A DNA stretch of 64,000 nt from contig CDROCS010005962.1 in NCBI GenBank assembly GCA_977020255.1, positions 1 through 64,000 of the forward strand, given 5' to 3'. The translations under genes were made by a program, and so were the position numbers. Shown here in pieces: positions 1-9,465 of this stretch. The DNA comes from Obrimoposthia wandeli. Lineage: Eukaryota. The notes under the pieces were generated by a model. The model did not search any database, was not told the origin of the DNA, and worked only from the letters and a program-made list of their open reading frames with translations. How positions within the stretch are numbered: the first letter of the stretch is position 1; every line of letters starts with the position of its first letter.

Positions 1-87
1 GATTATGTTCACGCCAATATTGACCAAGCGTTAGACCAAACCTTAGTCGATTTTCTTAGCATAAGAGCTCGAGGCGATCAGCGATGA
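1..87 (+). CDS. 3' end of a probable DUF58-family protein (partial, runs off the window)
   Basis: Open frame DYVHANIDQALDQTLVDFLSIRARGDQR* ends in an ATGA overlap with the BatA-domain gene. This is the usual DUF58 position in MoxR operons. Confidence 0.55.
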   Translation, partial: DYVHANIDQALDQTLVDFLSIRARGDQR

Positions 88-1909
88 TAGCCAATAGTTT
101 AGCTTCATTTTCTGCACAATCTCCTTGGGCTTTTACCGCATTACTCGCTGTTATTGTGCCGCTGGTGTTGCATTTAATTAATAAAAGCCAAGTGAAAGAG
201 GTTAAATTTGCCAATATCGCTTTAATCGCGGCACTCAAGCCAAAAAGTATGCGAGAGTTTCGCTTAAATGAATTTTGGTTATTGTTGCTACGCATTTTTT
301 TAATCGTGATATCTGTACTCTTATTAGCGAACATTATCAGCACACCAGCATTAATTTCAGATGACGAAGTACAAGTGGTCAGTACGGATTGGTTAAACGC
401 AAGTAACGAAAAACAACGCCAACAGTTAGCCACTAGTAGCGCTGATAAAGCGACCTATTTATTAGCGCCAAAGAGTGAACGCCTTAGCGTTACCGAGATA
501 CTTGCTTGGCCAGCAAAAGATAATCTTGCGAAAAATTCAGACCATATAAAGCAAAAAGTTCAGCAGACAGAATTGAAACCGATAGTGTCGAAAGAGATAG
601 TGCTGAACAAAACCAAGTCGAAGAAAAGAAAAAGCAAGTCAGCAGTCGAGCACGGTCGCTGCAGCAGCTCAGCTACTTTAGTGAAATGTTAAGTGCAGAA
701 ACTAAAGTAACGCCCGACCGCAAAAGTTTAAGATCAACTTAATGGCATTAACAAGCGCCAGAAAATGCAATAGCGTAGAACTGATTGATTGGCAATAACG
801 ATTGCTGAGTAATTAACAGCAAATACAGTATTGACAAAATGCAGTAAAGAGGTCATCGATTATTTATGATCACGACCGCTCAGCTGATATCAAGTATTTT
901 CAAATGTTTCCGCCAAGGCAGCTAAATGTTAACCTTCTCGTATTGGCTCAATGACCAATTCGATACTAAGACTGTTGGACAGGCCAAATATTGATACTGT
1001 TAGGCTGATGCCATTGAGGCTCAACGTGAGCAAGAAAATACCGTGTCGTATCAACAAGCCTTGCAAATGCCAGTAGCCTATCGTTGGTTTGTCTATTCAA
1101 AAAAATATCGATCAACATAGTTAACGCCATGTATATAAGTTAAGGTTTGATGCACAAAATGCGAACACCAACTTAATGCTCAGCCAAACGCTAACTATTA
1201 GTTGTAAAGAACTGATGCGACTTTTTGACAAAGATATAATTGTTAGAGATATTCAGCCTACCCGTGCAATCATCATATTAATAATAACCACGTCAGTAAA
1301 AGTGAAGCGGTATTGTGGCGGTTTTTCCAGGAGGATGGTTCAACACGGCCAATGCTGAGTAAATTCACGGTTCAGCAGAATAAAAATAGCAGCGATGTTT
1401 ATCAACTTTATTCTCGATTCTCACCCTCGTGGAGTGATCTTTTAGTCACTAAACAATTCCCACTATTTTTAAAACGTTTATTATTTCAAAACTGGCAGCG
1501 AGATACGTTAACAAGACAACAACGATTGAGTCGTGAGCAAATTACTGAGCTTGTTATTCGCCCCGAATTAATAGTAGAAACTGCAGCACAAACTCAAACT
1601 CAAACTCAAGCACAGGCGCCATCGAACCTGATCTCTCAACCGAAAATCAGACAGAAAATTCAGCAAGGTGACTACACTGAGTTATTAACTTTTTTATTCA
1701 TTTTATTTTTGATGGTAGAGCGTATCGTTAGCGAGTTTTGTCGCCCTAAAATGTTTACAGATAAGGAGCAATTTCAACCAGATACAGGCGCTGGCATAGG
1801 TCATGGTGATGGCGGTAATGCTAAAGCTAAAAATGAGGTTAACGCTGGTGATGCGAATGTTGACGGCGATTTAGTGCAGGCAGTAACAACGGCTAAGGCT
1901 GTTAAATAA
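84..1909 (+). pseudogene. BatA (N-terminal double-TM) domain protein, frame-disrupted between ~600 and ~1310
   Basis: ORF 84..692 starts with the BatA motif (VPLVLHLINK..VKFANIAL..LLLLRIFLI). ORF 1313..1909 carries the C-terminal PSW..L..FP motif and a terminal TM (FLFILFLMVERIVS). The middle has stops in all frames. Confidence 0.65.
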
Positions 1910-4470
1910 TGCCAAACTCAAACCCAAAAGATAAGCAACGTCTTATTAGCAAGTTAACACAATGCGTTACACGCTGGCGTCGTCAATTTTTAGTGCAACA
2001 AATGTTAATGTTTTTGCCGGCAATGTTGGCATTAACTTTAACGCTACTTTTTGTTTTAATCAGTTTAAGTGCGCTGGGCGAAGCGAATGAAGCCGCAATT
2101 TCATTGACGATGCAAGCAGCGGCAGTGATATCGATAACCTTATTGATTATCGGTATACTTTTCAAGTTCATGCTGACGTTAGGCAGTAAAACCTATCAGA
2201 AAATCACGTTGTCGAATCTTATTATTTATCTTAATCAACGTTTTAGTGAACTGGAAGACAGTACACAGTTGTTACTCGTTGCAGTAACTCAATTATCAAC
2301 TTTAGAGAAACTACAGCACGATAAGGTTCAGTCTCGTCTTGAAGATATTGTAAAGCAACAAGCGCAAGCCAAGTATATTGATTTATCACCGACGTTTGCT
2401 AAGAAAAAACACCTGTTTACCTGCTCTATGTTGATTTTATGGTTACTGATTTTACTACTCGCTAACCACCAGCAATGGTTTATGAAAATGAATGCTTGGC
2501 TAGACACCAGCGCAATAGTGGCCTCTATCGAAGGTACTAATATCGAAGGTACTAATGAAGAAAATGTTCTTGAAAATAAGCAAGGTAATACGTTGGTGGA
2601 TATTATCTCTCACCAAGTGATTATCGAACCACCAGCCTATAGTCTTAGCAAAAACCAAGCAGCAAGTGCAGTGTCGACATCACTTGATATTGAAGCGTTA
2701 GAGGGCAGTTATATTACTTGGTCTTTTACTTTTTCAGCGCAAGCGCTCGACTATTTTTTAGTGTTTTCTAGTGGCGAGCGCCAGCCATTAATTAAGCAAG
2801 AAGACGGGCGCTATTACTTTCGTGGCAAAGTAAGCACGAGCATGGTTTATCATTTAGCGGTAGATAACCCTGTTGCACCAGAGCTTAAAGAGCAGCGACT
2901 TGTAATAAAGCCATCAACAGACTTCTCCGCAATTTATCGCATCAGCTTAACTACAGATCAAGCACCGAAAATTCGTTTTATTAGCCCCAAAAGTACCGTG
3001 ACAGAATATGGTAAAAACAGCACACCAAGTTTATCGGCAGAGGTGCAAATATCGGATGATTTTGCCATTGCTGAAGTGGAAATATTAGCCTCGATAGCAA
3101 AAGGCTCAGGTGAAGGCGTTAAATTCAGGGATCAACGCTTTAGTTTCGATCGCACCAAAATTATTGACGGTAAGCCATATTATTATAAAACCTGGTCGTT
3201 GATTGATCTTGCTATGGAGCCTGGTGATGAACTTTATTTTACGGTTATTGCTTACGATAATCGAGCTCCTGTTCGTCAACAAACGCGCTCTACAACCAAG
3301 ATCATTCGTTGGTTAGAAGAAGAACAAACCGGGATTAATGCTGACGGTATTTTACTTGATTTCATGCCAGAGTATTTTAAAAGCCAACGACAAATTATTA
3401 TTGAGACAATAGAGCTGATTGAAGATGAAGCGGGTCTTGAAGGTATTGAATTTAATCATAAATCACAATCTTTAGGTGCAGCTCAAAGCGCGTTAAAGGA
3501 AAAATATGGTCAGTACTTAGGTGATGAATTTGAAGGTCAGCATAATACTGATGCCACCTTTGATGAAAGCCATAGTAACGACGAGCAACACAGGCCTGAA
3601 ATACATGTGCATGATGAAGCTGGTGGTAGCAGCAATGCCGTGATCAACATTGATGATGGTCAACATAATGAAGCAACAGAGCATGAACACGCCTCAGATA
3701 GGTCAACCACAATCAATAATGACGATATTTCTGGTCGCATGGCCGTTATTAACCGTTATGGTCATAATCATGAAGATAGCGATGTCGGTATGATGAATAG
3801 TCAAGATCCCAGAGCCTTGATGAAAAAAAGCTTGGCAAATATGTGGCAAGCTGAATTACATTTAATGCTCTCTGAGCCGGCGCTTGCTTTACCTTTTGAG
3901 CAACAAGCACTTAGGTTACTAAACTTAGCCAAAAAAGCAGAACGTATTTATGTTAAACGTTTAGGCTTTGAACCACCACCGGTGACTGAACAACGTCGAT
4001 ACCAAGGTGAACAAAGCGATATTTTAGCTAAAACAGTGGAAGTGTCACGCTTTAAACCTGCGCAGCTCTCGAATCAAACGCAGTTGGCTTTCACTCAACT
4101 TTTACAATTGTTAAATCAGGTGAGTCATCCCGTTTTTACCGATAAAGTGGCCGATAGCGATAACGTTGCCGCGATGACAATAACGTTAAAGCCTGAAGAA
4201 TTAACATTAGTAAAAGACGTCAAGGCAGGCATAGAAACATTGATTGATAAAAGACCCGCGCTGGTCGAAGTGTTAGCCGTGCTTGAGCAGATACTACTTG
4301 AACGACAATTTCACTTATCTCAATGTGATAATTGCCTCGTGTTATTAGCTGGCAAACTTGAACAGCTCATACCGAATGCGGTTGCTGCTCCTAGCGGCAA
4401 AGCGCAAAATTTTTATGACCAACAGCCATTAATTAAGCGCTATAGTCAGTTTTTAGAGGGTGATTTGTGA
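1909..4470 (+). CDS. DUF4175-like membrane protein of the MoxR/DUF58/BatA operon
   Basis: 853 aa with 3 N-terminal TMs, an Ig-like middle (EPPAYS, MEPGDELYF) and FKSQRQIII and LYQLG-like blocks. TAATG coupling to the upstream gene. Confidence 0.7.
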   Translation: MPNSNPKDKQRLISKLTQCVTRWRRQFLVQQMLMFLPAMLALTLTLLFVLISLSALGEANEAAISLTMQAAAVISITLLIIGILFKFMLTLGSKTYQKITLSNLIIYLNQRFSELEDSTQLLLVAVTQLSTLEKLQHDKVQSRLEDIVKQQAQAKYIDLSPTFAKKKHLFTCSMLILWLLILLLANHQQWFMKMNAWLDTSAIVASIEGTNIEGTNEENVLENKQGNTLVDIISHQVIIEPPAYSLSKNQAASAVSTSLDIEALEGSYITWSFTFSAQALDYFLVFSSGERQPLIKQEDGRYYFRGKVSTSMVYHLAVDNPVAPELKEQRLVIKPSTDFSAIYRISLTTDQAPKIRFISPKSTVTEYGKNSTPSLSAEVQISDDFAIAEVEILASIAKGSGEGVKFRDQRFSFDRTKIIDGKPYYYKTWSLIDLAMEPGDELYFTVIAYDNRAPVRQQTRSTTKIIRWLEEEQTGINADGILLDFMPEYFKSQRQIIIETIELIEDEAGLEGIEFNHKSQSLGAAQSALKEKYGQYLGDEFEGQHNTDATFDESHSNDEQHRPEIHVHDEAGGSSNAVINIDDGQHNEATEHEHASDRSTTINNDDISGRMAVINRYGHNHEDSDVGMMNSQDPRALMKKSLANMWQAELHLMLSEPALALPFEQQALRLLNLAKKAERIYVKRLGFEPPPVTEQRRYQGEQSDILAKTVEVSRFKPAQLSNQTQLAFTQLLQLLNQVSHPVFTDKVADSDNVAAMTITLKPEELTLVKDVKAGIETLIDKRPALVEVLAVLEQILLERQFHLSQCDNCLVLLAGKLEQLIPNAVAAPSGKAQNFYDQQPLIKRYSQFLEGDL

Positions 4471-7139
4471 ATACTGTTGCCATTGAGTTTTTAATTGCTA
4501 GCTATCGGGTAACTATTAATAACCCTTTGCAGCTGGCACTGGTGATATTAGCTGCAATAGGTTTAGTGCTCACTTGCTTGTTGGTACTTCGACGCTTTAA
4601 AGCGCAAACGATAGTTATCAGCAAAACCGCGAACACATCGAAAAACCTATCAATAAAGGCAATTCATAACAACAAAGTGCAGTCATGGAGTCTGAAGAAA
4701 AAATCACATTGTGCTTTGTTACTGCTGGGTAATGTCATTGTTTTTATTAGTGCTTTGTTAGTTGTTTTACCGGTTGAAGAGAACGTTGCAAGGCCACCTT
4801 TTGATATTTTACTGACACCCGGTTTTAAAAGCGCTGATGAAAGCATTGATTTTAATCTTCTGGCTATAGATAAAGTGAAAATAGAGCAGGCATTAAGTTC
4901 GGCGCAGCGCATCTGGTTACTGGCTGAGTCAGCAGAAGTTAAACTAAGCGCAAAAACAAAACAACAGTCGTTAAATAGTCCTTTATATCAATGGTTGATT
5001 GCACACTACCCAGATAAAGTTTTTGTGCTGAATTCAGTTCACCAGTTGCATGATTTTTGGCAGCAACAAACATCAGGACAAAGGAATAACCTTAATCAAC
5101 CTTACTCGATGCCGTCGTTATTACAGGTTTATGGTGATGGATTGACCCAAACACAATGGCAGGTTTTAACTGCTGCGGTTACTACTAATGAAGATGAACA
5201 AGGCCGTGTTCAGCATTATGTTAAAGAGAGCGTTATAGCGAGCGTTAAAGAGAGTGTCAAAGAGAGCGTTAAAGAAAATGTTCAGGAAAATACTTCGAAA
5301 AACATCTCGAAAAGTAAGCTCAGCTATACACCAAGACAAAGCCATTCTCAAGATAAGCAAGAAGTACCTTATGATATGAAATTTAGCTTTTTTGCCAGTA
5401 AAGCCATAACAGGCTTGCACAACTTACATTGGCCGAAGCAATTAATCTTAGGCCAACCATTAACGATATCAGGACAACTACAGCAAGCGGACGATAATAA
5501 TCGTCAGTTTCAATTAAGTTTAATCAACAATAATAATGTACTCGATACGATAGTTATTAACGGTAATGAAGCCTTTTCATTAACCGCAACCAGTAAAATT
5601 GTGGGCTTATTTAACTATCAATTAGTGCTACGTGAGCTATCGAAGAATGAATTGTCGCAAGGCTTTCGTTATAACAGTGATCAAGAGCCGCAATACCCAA
5701 GCTCGGTAAGCTCAACTAGTTCAACTAAAGTTGCATCAAATAAAGCTGTATTAAATAAACGTTTGCTTGCTTCAGCCAGCGTGATAGAAATCAATGAGAA
5801 TATCGCTTTTAGTGTTGTGCCGGGCAATCAACCACGTGTGCTGATCAAACAGTCAGCGCCATCGTTTGAAACAAGACGTTTAAAACAATGGCTAAGTCAG
5901 GCTGGCAGCTCTGTTCATGTGATCAGCCAAATAAGTAAAAATAAATGGGCTCAGCAAAAAGTTAATCTTGAGAATAATGTCGCACAGAGTAGTCAACAAG
6001 GTACTAAACAGAGCAGTAAACAGAGCACTAAACAGGATAGTAAATTAAATAGTGAACAGCGCAGCGAACAAAGTAATCAGTTAAATGAAATATTATTGGC
6101 TAACTATGACATTGTAATCCTTGATAGTCGTATGTTATTAGCGCTGAATGAGCAAGAAGTTATGGCTTTATACAGCAGTGTTAACAGGGGTTTAGGTTTA
6201 CTGATCAATGCTGATGCCACGCTTTTAAAAATCGATAAAACTGATAAAGCCAAGCAAAGCGAGCAAAATAACGCTAACGCATTACATAAACTACTCAGTT
6301 TATTTGAATTAGGCCCCGCCGATGATTCATTGCAACAAGTGATAGCGCAATGGCCAGATAGACCAGCTGTATTAGCTGATCAAATTATTACGCCACAAGC
6401 GGTGGTTATTTCAATCAATGCTAAATCAGCTAAAGTATCTTCTCAAAGTCCTTCTGATACTACAGTGAAAACAGCAGCCTCGGTAAATGTCGAGTCACTT
6501 GTTCAATCAATGTTAGGGCAGATCTTAGTGGCTAAAAAGTCAGTAGGAGCGGGCAGTGTGGTCATATCTGCGCTTAGCCAAACCTATCCATGGGCATTAC
6601 AAGCAAATGCGGCGTTTTATAGTCATTATTGGCAGTATGTATTGTCAAAAACATCGCGAAGCGATAGTCGGTCCCGCTGGTTATTACCGATATCATCATT
6701 GCTAGCGCAGGTAAATCACTATCAGGATATTTGTTTGCTTTCGCCATTAGACACTGTACATGCAAAACAAATGATATTAACGCCTTACCCATTAGAGCAG
6801 AATAAACAATGTGGTCGATTTGTAGCTAAACAGGCCGGTTGGTTTGAGTTTCAAGCGATGAATGAGCAACAAGTACTATTAGCCAAGCAAGCACGATATT
6901 TTTATGACGAGAAAGACTTTTTAGCTTGGCAGCAAGCGAATAAGCACCTCGTCAGTAAACGCTGGTCTTTAGCCGCTATGCAGTCGCAACTTGCTGAACA
7001 TAACTATGCTAGGGACGAACATAATGCTCAAGCCAATACGATGAAACACTATCAAAGCATGAATAAAAACTATTTATGGTTACTGATGTTTATTACGCTA
7101 TCGTTATTATGGCTTGAGCGAAAATGGCAAAGTGGGTAA
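4467..7139 (+). CDS. Conserved membrane protein, last gene of the MoxR-type operon
   Basis: 890 aa with N-terminal TMs and a C-terminal TM ending LWLERKW. GTGA overlap with the previous gene. Confidence 0.7.
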   Translation: MNTVAIEFLIASYRVTINNPLQLALVILAAIGLVLTCLLVLRRFKAQTIVISKTANTSKNLSIKAIHNNKVQSWSLKKKSHCALLLLGNVIVFISALLVVLPVEENVARPPFDILLTPGFKSADESIDFNLLAIDKVKIEQALSSAQRIWLLAESAEVKLSAKTKQQSLNSPLYQWLIAHYPDKVFVLNSVHQLHDFWQQQTSGQRNNLNQPYSMPSLLQVYGDGLTQTQWQVLTAAVTTNEDEQGRVQHYVKESVIASVKESVKESVKENVQENTSKNISKSKLSYTPRQSHSQDKQEVPYDMKFSFFASKAITGLHNLHWPKQLILGQPLTISGQLQQADDNNRQFQLSLINNNNVLDTIVINGNEAFSLTATSKIVGLFNYQLVLRELSKNELSQGFRYNSDQEPQYPSSVSSTSSTKVASNKAVLNKRLLASASVIEINENIAFSVVPGNQPRVLIKQSAPSFETRRLKQWLSQAGSSVHVISQISKNKWAQQKVNLENNVAQSSQQGTKQSSKQSTKQDSKLNSEQRSEQSNQLNEILLANYDIVILDSRMLLALNEQEVMALYSSVNRGLGLLINADATLLKIDKTDKAKQSEQNNANALHKLLSLFELGPADDSLQQVIAQWPDRPAVLADQIITPQAVVISINAKSAKVSSQSPSDTTVKTAASVNVESLVQSMLGQILVAKKSVGAGSVVISALSQTYPWALQANAAFYSHYWQYVLSKTSRSDSRSRWLLPISSLLAQVNHYQDICLLSPLDTVHAKQMILTPYPLEQNKQCGRFVAKQAGWFEFQAMNEQQVLLAKQARYFYDEKDFLAWQQANKHLVSKRWSLAAMQSQLAEHNYARDEHNAQANTMKHYQSMNKNYLWLLMFITLSLLWLERKWQSG

Positions 7140-7219
7140 GTGAATACAATGTAGAAAGTGTGTAAAGATAGCTGTATGCAGAGATTGTAGCTTTAAAAAT
7201 AAACGGCATAATTGAATGA

Positions 7220-7254
7220 GTTGATCCGTTCAGTTTCGTTCTGAACAGATCAGC
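7220..7254 (+). terminator. Hairpin downstream of the operon
   Basis: GTTGATC.GTTCAG pairs with CTGAAC.GATCAGC around a 7-nt loop. The U-tract is weak. Confidence 0.4.
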
Positions 7255-7345
7255 TATTTACCGTTCGGCTCAGTTCAACTTATAAAGTTAATAGCCAATC
7301 TAATTAAGTGCTAAGGCAATTCTGTAAGTGTTAACAAGAGTGATT

Positions 7346-7521
7346 GAGGCTAGAAAGTTACTCCAAAGTGGAAAATAACTGATGATTTTTGTGTTCATAC
7401 AGCCCGTAATACTCATTTTCTAGTGAAGTATTCCTCAGATTTCACGTGGTAACGCAATTTGAGGCTTAATTTTTAATAAATTCTGAGACTGTTTTTTCTA
7501 AAATAGAAATTCTACAGGCTC
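7346..7521. mobile_element. Small non-autonomous inverted-repeat element (GAGGCT..ATTCTACAGGCTC family), copy A
   Basis: 7364-7447 aligns with 62711-62795. The right end reverse-complements to GAGCCTGTAGAATTT, matching GAGGCTGTATAATTT at 62693 in 13 of 15 positions. Confidence 0.55.
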
Positions 7522-7543
7522 GTTAGCTTGCATTGGAGTTTTT

Positions 7544-8623
7544 ATGAATCATAGAATTACGGGGTTTGATCTTGCTAGAGCGTTAGCAATTTTCGGAATG
7601 GTTATTGTTAATTTTAAAATAGCTATGAATGCTGATACGGGCAGCCAATTGTTAATGAGCTTTGCGCACATGTTTGAAGGGCGATCTTCTGCTTTGTTTG
7701 TTATTCTTGCTGGTGTTGGAATCACCTTCATGACTAACAAGGCAAGAATATCTTCTAACAGTATATCTATTTATAAAGGTCGTATATCACTAATGAAACG
7801 TGGTTTATTACTGATATTTATAGGGCTTTTATATACGCCAATCTGGGCAGCAGACATCCTACATTTTTACGGGTTCTATTTCTTAATTGCCTCTGTTGTT
7901 TTTATGTTTAATGACAGGGCACTTCTACTAGTATCAACGATTATAATGCTAGCATTTCCTAGCCTAATGTTGTTTTTTAACTACGAACAAAATTGGAATT
8001 GGATATCATTGACCTATGAAAACCTTTGGTCGCTTGATGGAATGGTTAGGCATATACTATTTAACGGTTTTCACCCCATATTTCCTTGGGCTGCCTTTTT
8101 AATATTCGGCATGTGGTTGGGTAGGCAAGACCTATCTCAAAAGGCAATAAGAAAAAGATTTCTTTTAAGTTCTATAGTGTCTTTGATTGTTATCGAGAGC
8201 TTGTTTTATATAATAAAACTAAGCCTCGGAGATGGTGCTGCACTGGAAATGACAAATGCTGAGGTGGAATTTCTATTTTCGACTTCCATTATTCCCCCCT
8301 TACCTCAATACATTATTTCAGCAGGAAGCTCCGCTGTAATTGTGTTAATAGCTTGCTTATATTTTTCTGATAAGTTTCCAAAAAACAACGTACAGAAGTG
8401 GTTATGCCAGACAGGGCAATTGTCTTTAACCCTTTATGTTGCTCATGTTATTTTAGGTATGGGGACTCTTGAATCTATGGGGTTGCTAGTAAACCAAACA
8501 ATTGACTTTTCATTATTTAGCGCATTAATATTTTGTGTTTGTGGAATTGCTTTTAGTGTTATTTGGCTTAAATATTTCAAAACTGGGCCTTTAGAATGGC
8601 TTTTCCGTAAAATTGCTAGCTAA
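7544..8623 (+). CDS. DUF418 (YeiB-like) integral membrane protein
   Basis: RITGFDLARALAIFGM, LFVILAGVG, ILHFYG, GQLSLTLYVAH and GPLEWLFR motifs; multiple TMs. Confidence 0.85.
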   Translation: MNHRITGFDLARALAIFGMVIVNFKIAMNADTGSQLLMSFAHMFEGRSSALFVILAGVGITFMTNKARISSNSISIYKGRISLMKRGLLLIFIGLLYTPIWAADILHFYGFYFLIASVVFMFNDRALLLVSTIIMLAFPSLMLFFNYEQNWNWISLTYENLWSLDGMVRHILFNGFHPIFPWAAFLIFGMWLGRQDLSQKAIRKRFLLSSIVSLIVIESLFYIIKLSLGDGAALEMTNAEVEFLFSTSIIPPLPQYIISAGSSAVIVLIACLYFSDKFPKNNVQKWLCQTGQLSLTLYVAHVILGMGTLESMGLLVNQTIDFSLFSALIFCVCGIAFSVIWLKYFKTGPLEWLFRKIAS

Positions 8624-8680
8624 CATCACTTAAACAGGGCAAATAACAGCTTGGTCAGGTTAGCTGGCTGTTGCTCCTGA
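8618..8680 (+). other. Left half of an attC-like site closing the DUF418 cassette
   Basis: AGCTAAC (8618-8624, containing the stop codon) is the exact complement of GTTAGCT (7522-7528). The following sequence resembles the attC-like site at 62601. Confidence 0.55.
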
Positions 8681-8687
8681 GACGTTG

Positions 8688-9121
8688 GTGCGTTAAGTGA
8701 AGCTTGATGCATCTTGCAGGGGTAAGTCCCTGTCAGGTAAGGTTTAACCAACCACCTGTATCGAGTGTTTCGCCTTTTGCGAAGTGTGAGATTAGCAAGT
8801 GCTTTTCAGCAGTGAGGGCTGCATGACACGAACAATATTGGTGAAGCGTACACAGAGAATTATACCCAAACCTGAGGGATTGTTGTGGCCTTGACGTGCT
8901 GGTATCGCTCCGATAAGTTTTAGGTCTGACTGACGAGGTTTGTAAGCTTATCGAAGGCCAGGCAAAGCAAGCATTATTCATGAAAGTGAGCGGGTAGGTT
9001 GTGGCGAGTCAACACAGTTTTTAAGCCGTGGTTTGGGTATAAAGAGATGTATTGAGAACTTGAGAGATCCAAAGCTGTTCCATAAGGACAGGTAGTGAAA
9101 CTTAGCCAAAAGAATAGCTTT
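8688..9121 (+). mobile_element. Group II intron 5' remnant (domains I-II only, no RT, no DV/DVI)
   Basis: Starts GTGCG. Contains the CAGGG-GTAAGT-CCCTG hairpin, GAAGCGTACACAG and GAGAACTTGAGAGATCC, then a DII-like stem AAAGCTGTTC/GAATAGCTTT, after which similarity stops. Confidence 0.62.
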
Positions 9122-9423
9122 TTCATTTATAGTTTCATCCGCTTTATGGTTGAACGTATAACGTTGTTAATGGCTTCTTCGCAAGCAAGAATTGACCATA
9201 GTCATTTATAAAGTATCAAAAATTCCACGGGCTTCTTAGCGTTCATTGAGTGGTTCGGTTGCACGAGCTCAAATTTTGCTAACCATCATTATTTGTAACC
9301 ACTATTTGCAAGCATTATGTACCACTAAAACATGCCACTAACACATTTTTACGATGCCATTACGTAATGTTACTTATTTGGTGGTGAATGGTGATTACAT
9401 TGCCCAGTAGATAGTTTACAATT

Positions 9424-9442
9424 AATAATAGTTATCATTACG
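9424..9442 (+). promoter_or_regulatory. Putative Fur box
   Basis: AATAATAGTTATCATTACG matches GATAATGATAATCATTATC at 13 of 19 positions, 23 nt before an iron permease start codon. Confidence 0.55.
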
Positions 9443-9465
9443 TAATAATTTTTAAGGCTGTAAGA

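Noticed and set aside
9027-9040. GTGGTTTGGGTATA inside the intron remnant resembling the TATACCCAAG MITE end
   Set aside because: It is a short imperfect match with no partner end.
9122-9300. Minus-strand decayed frame containing MVNSCLRRSH, reminiscent of a tyrosine-recombinase TGLRRSE motif
   Set aside because: It is short, has several stops and shows no other recombinase motif, so it cannot be told from chance.
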